From Alphaproteobacteria bacterium (GTDB taxonomy: Bacteria; Pseudomonadota; Alphaproteobacteria; SP197): a stretch of DNA of 64,000 bases. The stretch spans positions 416,001-480,000 of the forward strand of contig OZ219747.1 in assembly GCA_964291265.2 (NCBI GenBank). The letters run 5' to 3'. A program made the position numbers and the translations under genes. Below are positions 31,166 to 41,240 of this stretch, in pieces. Position 1 is the stretch's first letter. Every line of letters begins with the position of its first letter. The notes under the pieces were generated by a model. That model was not told the origin of the DNA. It was given only the letters and a program-made list of their open reading frames with translations, and did not search any database.

Positions 31166-32305
31166 CGGCATCACCCACCGGAGAGGATCACGTCACGGCC
31201 GGTCCCAAGGACCGCCTTCGCGGCGGCGGAAACCTGATGATCGACGGCTTCCATGCCTTCCGGAACCGTGGACCGGGAGGTGAACTCCGTTCCTTCCCTA
31301 CGACCATGCCGTCCGAGTCGGACATGGAGACGCTCGCCATCTCTTCGACATCAGCTACGACCATGAGTGCACCATGAAGGTGCCGCCCTTCGAGACACCG
31401 CTGCAGACACCCGTGCGGACCATTCCGGGAGTCCTCGGTCTCGTCGGTCCGAGGCCCTCCGACATCAACTCGCAAGGGTGGCTTCGATCGCTGCCGCGGG
31501 AGCCGGCACATCGCGACCGCTACCCGGTGTACCGCGAGGGACTCGAAGCCCGCGAGCGCCATCAACCCTTCGAAAACCCGGGACGGATCCCGGCTTCACG
31601 AAGGGCGGGACGGCGATGGACGAGTTCAGTCGGCGGCTCGGGAAGCTCCGAGATCGCGGTCTGTCCGCCGAGAGTCGAGACCCTGACCGGCAGTCAGGAC
31701 ATTGCCAGGGTCCTGCGGCTCTTCGAGACTCCCGAGCACTCGGGCTTATCACGACTCGATGATGGTCGAACTGGCCAACCGGCGGCCCATGCTCTCCGTC
31801 GCCGCCGAACGAGGACACCGCATCGGCGACGGGGAGCGTCCCCTTGATCGACAATCGAATCGAGGATGCCGACGGCGTATCGCGGTGGACGGACAGCGGC
31901 AACCACGGAGATGTCCCGGTGGTCATGGAGTGCGCCTCAACAAGCAGCCGGGCCCATGGCGTCATTGAACGGTACTCTGATCTCGACCATCGTCTCGTGA
32001 CAGCGTGAACCGGTAGTCGAACCCCTTGCCGCAGACGCCCGATGCAGGGCTGGAGACAGCATCGTCGGCCGAGACCGGCGAGGCGTGTCGCAGCCTCGAT
32101 GGCCACGGCCGGGTCGGCCTGAAGGATGAGGGCGGTTCGTTCCGGCGCATGGCGCGGGCGCACTTGAGCGTCGTTTCCACGTGGAAGACCTGGAACAGGG
32201 AATCGAAGTCGCTTACCGATCGGCCGCGCCATGGCCTGCGGCGCACGGGAAGAGTCCTGCAACGGCGCGGCGCTCAACGTCAGAACCGGAGGGTCCTTCG
32301 CCGTC

Positions 32306-33067
32306 ATGTCCCTTTCTCGACAGGTCTTCGCCGCAATCGTCATGACGTGCGCCCTCGTGGCGTGCCGGCACGACGACAGCGTCCGCATCGCACTCATCAA
32401 CGCCACCCATGCCGACATGCGCTGCGTCGCCGTGCTGGCACACTTCGTGACCGTGGATCTTCCTGTCATCCCCGCCGGCGACACCTACCGGTTCACCCTC
32501 GTCGACACGGCAGATGGCGGTCTCGCGATGGCCCATGATGTCATGGGGCCGATGATGCTGGAGAACCTGCTCTGCGGCCTGGACGAGGACTGGAGCCGGA
32601 GTGTCGTCACGACCGACCTTGCCGCGGCCGCAGGCCAAGACCGGACGTTCAGCTGCTTGACCGACGGGGACCGCCTCGCCTGCCGTGCTCCGCGACGGGG
32701 AGGGGAGCTTCTTCCTGCCAACGCGTCATGCCGGCGTCCGCGGCGATATCGCATGGAAGGTCCGGCCCGGCTCCTCGTCCGATCTGGCAGTGGGACCACC
32801 GCCGCCGATGTCCGAAGCGGCCGTGGAGACCCCCTCGTCGGCAAGCCTGGAGGCACAGGCAGCACCGATTCCGCCTGCCGCTCCGGTCACGATCGTGACA
32901 GGTCCCTCGAATCGTCCCACCGTTCCACCGTCCTCGTCTCGATCACCGTTGCATGCGCCATTCGATGCTGCGTCGTCAGACACCCTCCAGACGTCCTGAC
33001 CATGACATTCCGGGATGTGCTCGATGCACCCGCTGTCGACATGGAGCGAAGAGGAATGACCGCCTGA
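32306..33067 (+). CDS. Putative small lipoprotein; only the first ~125 codons look protein-like
   Basis: Signal peptide with lipobox-like LVAC and upstream GGAGGG; the tail is antisense to an SDR remnant. Confidence 0.45.
   Translation: MSLSRQVFAAIVMTCALVACRHDDSVRIALINATHADMRCVAVLAHFVTVDLPVIPAGDTYRFTLVDTADGGLAMAHDVMGPMMLENLLCGLDEDWSRSVVTTDLAAAAGQDRTFSCLTDGDRLACRAPRRGGELLPANASCRRPRRYRMEGPARLLVRSGSGTTAADVRSGRGDPLVGKPGGTGSTDSACRSGHDRDRSLESSHRSTVLVSITVACAIRCCVVRHPPDVLTMTFRDVLDAPAVDMERRGMTA
32726..32920 (-). pseudogene. N-terminal SDR remnant
   Basis: GRFEGPVTIVTGAAGGIGAACASRLADEG...DI, then loss of similarity. Confidence 0.7.
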
Positions 33068-33134
33068 ACCGGCACCCGGCAGGCGAGCATGCCGGAGAGG
33101 GTTGCTGGTACATTCCTCCGGGGAGAGCGGGCCG

Positions 33135-33902
33135 CTACGGTCGCTGTTGGTCCCGCAGCGCCTGACCGAATGCTTCGAAGAGAGCCCGGTTGACGGGATT
33201 GGTCTGCGGGTCGTACTCGGCATGCCACTGCACTCCCAGCGCAAACGCCGGGGCATTGGCAATGCGAATAGCCTCGATGGTGTCGTCCTCCGCCACGCCC
33301 TCGACGATCACCCGCTCCCCTGGCTCCACGATGCACTGACCATGGAGCGAATTGACACGCACGGTCCGCCTGCCAAGGATCTCCTCGAATACACCTCCCG
33401 GTGTGAAGCGAACTTCGTGCCTGTCCGCAAACACGACCCCCGGGTCGGGGTGGACTTCTCCGTTTTCCAGCCGGGGAGCCCGGTGGTTCAACCGCCCGGG
33501 CAGATCACCGGTTTCGGGGTGAAGAACGCTCCCGAAGGCCACGCCGAGCTCCTGGATGCCACGGCACAGGCCGAAAATCGGCACGCCCCTTGCGACACAG
33601 GCCTTCGCCACGGACAACGCCACCGCATCCCGTTCCCGGTCGTAGGGTTCGTGGCTCGGGTGAGGATCGACATTGAAACAGGAAGGATGAACGTTGGCGC
33701 GCGCTCCGGTGAGCAGAATGCCGTCAACGGCGTCAACCAGAGAGGCCACATCGGTGATGCCAGGCGTTCCGGCGAACATCAACGGCAGGGCGCCGGTGAC
33801 TTCCGCCACGGCAGCAAGATTCTTCTCCCCGGTCATCTGTGTCACATAGCTGTCGCCGAAGAGATGCCTGGAGCCGATGACGCCAACGAGGGGTTTCATC
33901 AT
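33135..33902 (-). CDS. Gamma-glutamyl-gamma-aminobutyrate hydrolase family (peptidase C26, PuuD-like)
   Basis: DGILLTG, GLCRGIQE, VNSLHGQ, GVQWHAE. Confidence 0.92.
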   Translation of the reverse strand: MMKPLVGVIGSRHLFGDSYVTQMTGEKNLAAVAEVTGALPLMFAGTPGITDVASLVDAVDGILLTGARANVHPSCFNVDPHPSHEPYDRERDAVALSVAKACVARGVPIFGLCRGIQELGVAFGSVLHPETGDLPGRLNHRAPRLENGEVHPDPGVVFADRHEVRFTPGGVFEEILGRRTVRVNSLHGQCIVEPGERVIVEGVAEDDTIEAIRIANAPAFALGVQWHAEYDPQTNPVNRALFEAFGQALRDQQRP

Positions 33903-34764
33903 CGTTGGATCTGGTTCCTCCCTGCCGCACCATCGATCCGCCGGAGACGCAGGGGATTCGTAGGGCGGGAACGGGCGCGTGTCCACCCGATCTTCAGAGA
34001 ATTGCCGTCAGCCCCCGGGGAGGATCGCCCGAAAGACGCAGGGGATGAGCCGTTCGGGCCCGGATTCGTGGAGTATCAGGGGATTGTGCGAGTGAAGCGG
34101 CTCTCTGTCTCGACGGGGCTCTCGTCGATGATCGAGATGATGGCATCGATCTTGTTCCTGGTGATGATCGGCGGTGGGATGGAATTCAAGGGGACGCAGG
34201 CCCTCCATGAGGCAGACGCCGCTCCAAGCGCTGCCGTCGAAAGGGATTCTCGTCCTCGAAGATCCGGATGTTCCGCGGAGCAGCAGCGGACGCCACATCC
34301 GAACAGGTGCTCGACGGGCTCCATCACGCCACCGATCGACGCTCAGCCGCCGGGAAACCCCTTGGCGATGGTCATCATGCCGGGCACGACGCCGCAGGGA
34401 CCGGCGGCAAGCACCGTTGATCGCCGTCCATGATCAGAGAAGGCGCCGGTTCGCTGGCAGGTGTCGCGTAATCTCCACCAACGGCAGAGCGGCGGATCCT
34501 CGCCCCGATGCGGGATTTTCTTCTCCACATGGCGGGCGCAGATGAAATCCCCCGTCTTCGCCCGGGAGACCGAAGCGGTCGTGTGCAGGCACGTGGCTGA
34601 CGGTCTGCATGAGGAATCAGGGTGCCGCCCGAAGTTCAAGCGGCGCGGGAGTGACGGCTCAGGAGGCCATCCGCATCCCGCGTGATCGGCCACCTCAACC
34701 GGGTTCCGGCTTTCACGCCTCGCCGTCTCGGGATCGGCACACAGCGGCTCGAACTCGCCCGCAA

Positions 34765-34967
34765 GGGGCGATGACACCATCTTGGACTTCGCTGCGGGGG
34801 ACACCATCGCGTTGAGGAACATTGATGGGGTCAACGCGTTCGGCGACATGACCGTTGATTCCACGGAAGGCGGTTTCACGATCTCCTTCGGTGACGGCAG
34901 CGCCGACACCCTGACCGTCACGTCCAGCCTGAAGGCACTCGAAGCCGAACACTTCGACTTCCTGTGA
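34765..34967 (+). pseudogene. C-terminal fragment of an RTX/calcium-binding protein
   Basis: GDDTILDFAAGDTI...LEAEHFDFL-stop parallels the C-terminus of 15056-16027; no intact 5' part. Confidence 0.65.
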
Positions 34968-34978
34968 TGCGTTTCGCG

Positions 34979-35004
34979 CGCAGGGCCGCCACCGCGGCCC
35001 TGCG
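34979..35004 (+). terminator. Terminator-like hairpin
   Basis: 11-bp stem CGCAGGGCCGC / GCGGCCCTGCG with a 4-nt loop, just after the stop at 34967. Confidence 0.55.
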
Positions 35005-35005
35005 T

Positions 35006-36672
35006 GGGTGTGAGTCTAGTATGGCAGTTCTGTTATGGTCTTAAGTTATGGACTTAGTTCCATTGTTTCATCTCATGCGGCCAGCGCCGGGGTGTGATGT
35101 GGGCTGATGTTGTCGTTGGCTGGTGCGTTGTCGCCCTCGATCATGGCGGTCCACGCGCTTTCGAAGCGGCCTGATTTGAGCAGGGCGCGGAAGGTGAGAA
35201 CGGCTTGTCCGCCGACGATGCGCCAGCGCATGCCGGAGCGCTTCATGCGCTGTGTGACGAGGGTCTTGTTGGCTGCCTCGACAAGTCCCGAGCCGATGGC
35301 GATCCCCTGTTGCTTCAGCGCGTGGTAGCGCATGCGGTGGCGATGCTTGCGGAAGAAGGCCAGTTCCCTGTCGATGTCGGCTCGGCCCGCCGGCTTGGCG
35401 GTGTCGCGAAGGTGGCGCAGCGCCCGGATCACCCTGTCGATGCCGCGGGGGTCGTGACGCAGGATCTCGCGGTACTTCTCGAACCAGTGGGGCGCCGCTG
35501 CATGGTCGGCCACCACGCGCAGATGCTCGCAGGCATGCCAGAAGTCGATCACCTCGGTTTCGGGTTCAAGACCAGAGAGGAAGGTCCAGTTGTCGGCGGC
35601 GGCGTCGGCGATGGCGCTGATCCTGATCTCGGGACGCTCGCGCCTGATATGCGCGACCTCGCTTGCCAGCTGCACCTTCAGCGTGCACTTGCCGCGCTCG
35701 GGCATGCGGCCGAGATAGACGGTCTTCAGGCGCTCACCGTCGGCATCGTGGAAGGAGACTGTGCCACAGGCCGCCTCGCGCCAGCAGGCCTCGCTACGGC
35801 CGTCCTCGCCGGCCCGCAGCGCCACCATGACGCCGTCGAGCGAGACCGAGGCGGTGACCGCGTCCTGCGGGATGTCCTCGGCTTCCCGGATGCCATCCAG
35901 GGCCTGCGGACCGAGACGTTCCCAACGCTCCTGCATGGTCAGGCTCAAGCGCTGCAAGGTGCTCACAGACGGCGTCATGGCGCCGAGCTTGCCGAAGAAC
36001 GCCTCCGCTTCCCGCGCCGTGCAGTGGACCATCATCATCAGCCCAAGCTGAGCCGCCGGCCGTGTCAGGTCGTCGTCGACGAGGCCCAGGCTTTCGTCCA
36101 CCGGCATCAGCGACCGGCAGTGCCCGCCGGTGCGATAGCGCGCACGCCGAAAGGTCACCGGGCCGAGCGAGGTCATGATCGTCTTCGGCGTCGGCGCCAC
36201 ACGGAACCAGTTCTGCCCGTCCCGTTCGATCCGGGGCGCACCGTCGTCCCGGGCCTCGGCACAGGCACCCAGGATCTCGCAACCAAGCGCGTGCACGCTC
36301 TCAAGCACCCGCCGCTCCGCTTCCTCGAAGGCCTCGGCAGAGCGCTCTGAACCAAGCTGTCGATGACACACCGCGGTCACTTGCGTGACCGCTTCGACAA
36401 CCCGAGGCGGCAAGCCGAGAAGATCGATGGACGCGGAAGGCCGAAGCTGTGACACTGACATGGGAGCGCTCCTGATGTTGTGGTTTCAAGCCAGCATCAT
36501 ATCGCATCTTGCGGTGCGGAGCGTTCCCGCATCCACCGCCAAGCCCTGCTGTCGTGACAAAATCCGGTCCTGAAACGGGCAATTGTCACGAAACCCCGTT
36601 TTCGCCGTTCCATCGCGAACGCACAACCGTGATAAATCAATGACTTGGCTTCGCCATACGAGAACTACACCC
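35006..36672 (-). mobile_element. ISKra4/ISLre2-like IS, copy A (1667 bp)
   Basis: IRs GGGTGTGAGTCTAGTATGGC / GGGTGTAGTTCTCGTATGGC; 7-bp TSD CCTGCGT. Confidence 0.9.
35073..36461 (-). CDS. ISKra4/ISLre2-like (Mutator-type DDE) transposase
   Basis: SLDGVM, IADAA, DFWHACEHL, IGSG.VEAANK...RMKRSGMRW. Confidence 0.88.
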   Translation of the reverse strand: MSVSQLRPSASIDLLGLPPRVVEAVTQVTAVCHRQLGSERSAEAFEEAERRVLESVHALGCEILGACAEARDDGAPRIERDGQNWFRVAPTPKTIMTSLGPVTFRRARYRTGGHCRSLMPVDESLGLVDDDLTRPAAQLGLMMMVHCTAREAEAFFGKLGAMTPSVSTLQRLSLTMQERWERLGPQALDGIREAEDIPQDAVTASVSLDGVMVALRAGEDGRSEACWREAACGTVSFHDADGERLKTVYLGRMPERGKCTLKVQLASEVAHIRRERPEIRISAIADAAADNWTFLSGLEPETEVIDFWHACEHLRVVADHAAAPHWFEKYREILRHDPRGIDRVIRALRHLRDTAKPAGRADIDRELAFFRKHRHRMRYHALKQQGIAIGSGLVEAANKTLVTQRMKRSGMRWRIVGGQAVLTFRALLKSGRFESAWTAMIEGDNAPANDNISPHHTPALAA

Positions 36673-38531
36673 CCTGCGTTGCATCCGGACTGCGTGCGGC
36701 GGGAGGCGTCGACGATGCGGCGCTGGCGCTATGGTGAGCCCGTGAGCAGCGGAGGGCGGACCGTCTGTCGCTAGTCCGAAGTTCCAGAACCGATCAGACG
36801 TATCGTTATGAATGTATTGACGTTTGAAAAAATCGGGTGTGTCGCTACTGGGAACGCTGCAGGCGTATGCCGAGGTAGTCCAGGGCCTTTTTCTGGAGCG
36901 GCGTGGGCCGCGTGGTGACCTGGAAGGGTTGGGCGCCCGCAAGGCGGGGCGCCACGGTGTTGCGGGTGATGGTCGCGAGATCATCGAGGAGGGTGCGGAA
37001 ACTGTGCACCGGATCACCCCCGGGCGTCCTCTTCGTTGCCGCCTTGGCCCGGGCGCTCGCCGAGACTTCTGCCGGCGCCACGACGGACGGCCGCCGGGCC
37101 TCGGCGCCTTCGGCATCCTCGTCGTCGAACAGCATGGGCTTCAGTTTCTGGCGCATGTGCCATTCCACGTAGTAGGCGAGCATGCACAGGAAGACATGGG
37201 CGCGGACCCGGGGTTCGGTGCGGTGGTAGACGGGACGGACCTTCAGATCCACGGTCTTCAGGCTGCGGAAGGCCCGTTCCACCGAACTCAACCGCTTGTA
37301 GGCGCGCACCGTGCCGGGACCGTCGAGTGCGCTTTGCGGCAGGCTGGTGCGGATCACGCAGAGGCCGTCGAGCCTGGCCTCGGCGGCGATGGCAGCCTCA
37401 TCGCGCCCATAGGTGAAGACACCGTCGTCGTCGATGGACCACGTGAAGTGCTTCGCCATCTTGTACTTGCCGATGACCTTGCCGACCCGCTCCCCGATCT
37501 TGTCGGCACCCTTGAGACGGCGCTTGTCGCGCCGTGTCGCTGCTGCGATCGGTTCAAGCAGGGCCTCGGTGGCCTCGAGCAGTTCCTGGCGCTTGCGGGC
37601 CCGGTCCTCGGCCAGCAGGGGGTTGCGGCAGACCATGAGGCGTTCGCCGGGATACGCATCGCTGGTGATCTCCACCAGGTCCCTCTCGTCGAAGAGCGAC
37701 ATCTCGACGTCGCCGGCCTCCACAAGGGCGCGGATGGCCGGTCCCCTCAAGGCGCTGATCCAGTCCAGGCCCGCAGGCTTCACCTCCTCGCGTATGCGCG
37801 CCTCGGTCAGCATCCCCCGGTCTCCCACCAGCACCACCTTCGCCAGGGAGAAGCGCTCCTGCAGCGTGGTGATCTGTGATGCCACCGTCCCGGGGTCCGC
37901 CGTGTTGCCGGGGAACACTTCCACCGACACTGGACAGCCGTCCCGATCGCACAGAAGGCCGAACTCGATCTGCAGCTTGCCCTTCTTGCCATCCCGGGAA
38001 TGACCCCTCCTGGCCAGGGGACACGCTCTCCCCTCCATCCATACCGAGGTCAGGTCATAGAGCACCAGGCAGCCCTCTTCGAGGCGCCGCTTCGCCAGGG
38101 ACCGCTCGATCCTCTCCTGACGCTCCAGGAGCCAGTCCATGGCGCCATAGAGGGCGTCCTCGTCCATCTCCGCATCGAGGACCTCGCCCAGGGTGCTGAC
38201 CGCCGTGGCCTCGGCCAGCCCCCTGGCCGTGGCCAGCTTCGAGGCGGGCTCGAGGATGCGTGCCACGATCATGGCCAGGACCTGATCGCGCTCAGGCGAG
38301 GGCTTCGGGTCGATCAACCTGTCCAGTCCCAGCTTCTTCAGGGTTCCCAGCACTGCGGCGACATGCCCATGGGGTAGGGAGCGGACGATGTCGAAGGCGT
38401 CGTCACGACCGACGAGGGGTTCGTTCTTCAAGAACCGCCGCAGGGTCTCGACCTTTTCCATGGGCCAGGAGGAGAGATTGGCGATGGTGCGCTTCTTGAC
38501 CTTGCCGTTCTCGCGCCATCCCTCTCGCAGG

Positions 38532-40198
38532 GGGTGTGAGTCTAGTATGGCAGTTATGTTATGGTCTTAAGTTATGGACTTAGTTCCATTGTTTTATCTC
38601 ATGCGGCCAGCGCCTGGGTGTGATGTGGGCTGATGTTGTCGTTGGCTGGTGCGTTGTCGCCCTCGATCATGGCGGTCCACGCGCTTTCGAAGCGGCCTGA
38701 TTTGAGCAGGGCGCGGAAGGTGAGAACGGCTTGTCCGCCGACGATGCGCCAGCGCATGCCGGAGCGCTTCATGCGCTGTGTGACGAGGGTCTTGTTGGCT
38801 GCCTCGACAAGTCCCGAGCCGATGGCGATCCCCTGTTGCTTCAGTGCGTGGTAGCGCATGCGGTGGCGATGCTTGCGGAAGAAGGCCAGTTCCCTGTCGA
38901 TGTCGGCTCGGCCCGCCGGCTTGGCGGTGTCGCGAAGGTGGCGCAGCGCCCGGATCACCCTGTCGATGCCGCGGGGGTCGTGACGCAGGATCTCGCGGTA
39001 CTTCTCGAACCAGTGGGGCGCCGCTGCATGGTCGGCCACCACGCGCAGATGCTCGCAGGCATGCCAGAAGTCGATCACCTCGGTTTCGGGTTCAAGACCA
39101 GAGAGGAAGGTCCAGTTGTCGGCGGCGGCGTCGGCGATGGCGCTGATCCTGATCTCGGGACGCTTGCGCCTGATATGCGCGACCTCGCTTGCCAGCTGCG
39201 CCTTCAGCGTGCACTTGCCGCGCTCGGGCATACGGCCGAGATAGACGGTCTTCAGGCGCTCACCGTCGGCATCGTGGAAGGAGACTGTGCCACAGGCCGC
39301 CTCGCGCCAGCAGGCCTCGCTACGGCCGTCCTCGCCGGCCCGCAGCGCCACCATGACGCCGTCGAGCGAGACCGAGGCGGTGACCGCGTCCTGCGGAATG
39401 TCCTCGGCTTCCCGGATGCCATCCAGGGCCTGCGGGCCGAGACGTTCCCAACGCTCCTGCATGGTCAGGCTCAAGCGCTGCAAGGTGCTCACAGACGGCG
39501 TCATGGCGCCGAGCTTGCCGAAGAACGCCTCCGCTTCCCGCGCCGTGCAGTGGACCATCATCATCAGCCCAAGCTGAGCCGCCGGCCGTGTCAGGTAGTC
39601 GTCGACGAGGCCCAGGCTTTCGTCCACCGGCATCAGCGACCGGCAGTGCCCGCCGGTGCGATAGCGCGCACGCCGAAAGGTCACCGGGCCGAGCGAGGTC
39701 ATGATCGTCTTCGGCGTCGGCGCCACACGGAACCAGTTCTGCCCGTCCCGTTCGATCCGCGGCGCACCGTCGTCCCGGGCCTCGGCACAGGCACCCAGGA
39801 TCTCGCAGCCAAGCGCGTGCACGCTCTCAAGCACCCGCCGCTCCGCTTCCTCGAAGGCCTCGGCAGAGCACTCTGAACCGAGCTGTCGATGACACACCGC
39901 GGTCACTTGCGTGACCGCCTCGACAACCCGAGGCGGCAAGCCGGAAAGATCGATGGACGCGGAAGGCCGAAGCTGTGACACTGACATGGGAGCGCTCCTG
40001 ATGTTGTGGTTTCAAGCTAGCATCATATCGCATCTTGCGGTGCGGAGCGTTCCCGCATCCACCGCCAAGCCCTGCTGTCGTGACAAAATCCGGTCCTGAA
40101 ACGGGCAATTGTCACGAAACCCCGTTTTCGCCGTTCCATCGCGAACGCACAACCGTGATAAATCAATGACTTGGCTTCGCCATACGAGAACTACACCC
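38532..40198 (-). mobile_element. ISKra4/ISLre2-like IS, copy B (1667 bp)
   Basis: About 99% identical to copy A (offset 3526); 8-bp TSD CTCGCAGG (38524-38531, 40199-40206). Confidence 0.92.
38599..39987 (-). CDS. ISKra4/ISLre2-like transposase
   Basis: 462 aa, near-identical to 35073-36461. Confidence 0.88.
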   Translation of the reverse strand: MSVSQLRPSASIDLSGLPPRVVEAVTQVTAVCHRQLGSECSAEAFEEAERRVLESVHALGCEILGACAEARDDGAPRIERDGQNWFRVAPTPKTIMTSLGPVTFRRARYRTGGHCRSLMPVDESLGLVDDYLTRPAAQLGLMMMVHCTAREAEAFFGKLGAMTPSVSTLQRLSLTMQERWERLGPQALDGIREAEDIPQDAVTASVSLDGVMVALRAGEDGRSEACWREAACGTVSFHDADGERLKTVYLGRMPERGKCTLKAQLASEVAHIRRKRPEIRISAIADAAADNWTFLSGLEPETEVIDFWHACEHLRVVADHAAAPHWFEKYREILRHDPRGIDRVIRALRHLRDTAKPAGRADIDRELAFFRKHRHRMRYHALKQQGIAIGSGLVEAANKTLVTQRMKRSGMRWRIVGGQAVLTFRALLKSGRFESAWTAMIEGDNAPANDNISPHHTQALAA

Positions 40199-40405
40199 CT
40201 CGCAGGAGGACGGCGGGGGGTGAGTTACGGTTGGGGACGATGTCTACGTACATGGCAACGTATATGGGGGCGTAAGCCCACCGTGTCAAGGGAAAACTTC
40301 GCCGTTACATGGGAACATTCTCGCGCCATCATCGCGCTGTTTTGCCAACACAATCAACCGGTTATCGTGACTCTGCCGCTGAAATCGTCCGGAACTTCGG
40401 GCTAG

Positions 40406-40794
40406 TCCGAAGTTCCAGCACCGTTCAGACGTATCATCATGAATGTATTGACGTTTGATGGAATCGCGTGTGGCGCTACTGGGAACGCTAGAGGCGCACG
40501 CCGAGGTGGTTCAGGGCCCTTTTTATGGAGCGGCGTGGGCCGCGTGGTGACCTGGAAGGGCCGCAGGGTTTCGACGTTCTCCATGGGCCAGGAGGAGAGA
40601 CTGGTGGCGGGGGGCTCATGCGGTTGGGGACGATGTCCACGTACATGGCAACGTACATGGGGGCAAAAGCCTCCTGTGTCAACAGGGTGTTTCACCGTTA
40701 CATGGGAACTTCTGCATGTTGTCTCTGTACGCTTTTATCAGTAAGATCAACTAGTTGATGTGGTTATAGCGCTGAAATCGTCCGGAACTTCGGG
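40406..40794 (-). mobile_element. Non-autonomous, internally deleted IS1634 derivative (MITE-like, 389 bp)
   Basis: Both IS1634 ends retained; fused N-terminal (MYVDIVPNR..SSWPMENVETLR) and C-terminal (PFQVTTRPTPL) scraps; flanked by CTAG. Confidence 0.88.
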
Positions 40795-41014
40795 CTAGTG
40801 CTCGGGGGCCGGGATGGGGAGTCCGCTTGATGACGGCCGGGACACCGTCACCAAACAGTCATGAACGTCGGCCTGCCTGCTCACCCCGCGCCATGAAGCA
40901 TGAGCCCGTCGTGGCCGTTGGACGAGTGCGTTGTTCCAGCGTGTTGGTACACGATAATGCGATGGTCCTGGAGGGGCCCGTCTCCATGAGGACAGGATCA
41001 GCGCAAACAGGTCA

Positions 41015-41240
41015 AGGTCGCACGTTTCCTTACCCGGGTTCCATGCTGTCCTGCGCCCGTGTCCGGACTTTCCTTGCGAAGGCAGAGTGCCGCCGCCTGG
41101 AGGGATGCAGACAGGGCGGCGGTCGCCTCCACGGCGTGCGGTATCCGCGCAAGCCGCACGCGCCCGGCCTTCGCGACGACGTCCGCCGCTTCACTGCGCC
41201 TGTGGCAAGCGCCTCCGCAGACCGGTGCGGATTCAGCCGG
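41015..41240 (+). pseudogene. Decayed homolog of the Zn-finger gene at 49196-49810
   Basis: FPYPGSMLSCARV...RLEGC..GGRLH..RYPRKPHA..LR.D.RRF aligns with the intact gene. Confidence 0.8.

Larger units (their letters stand above)
36845..40253 (-). pseudogene. IS1634 transposase, split near codon 18
   Basis: MYVDIVPNRNSPPAVLL at 40253-40203 continues as REGWRENGKVKKRTIANLS from ~38528; YDLTS, VGDRGM, YK.L..VERAFR, RPVYH, RVRAHVF. Confidence 0.9.
36775..40401 (-). mobile_element. IS1634 family element interrupted by ISKra4-like copy B
   Basis: IRs (T/C)CCGAAGTTCC; CTAG on both sides (36771-36774, 40402-40405). Confidence 0.88.

Noticed and set aside
31170-32300. Short ORFs that may be decayed enzyme genes
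   Set aside because: No family assignable by eye
33990-34760. Hydrophobic scraps resembling a permease remnant
   Set aside because: Too fragmentary to call
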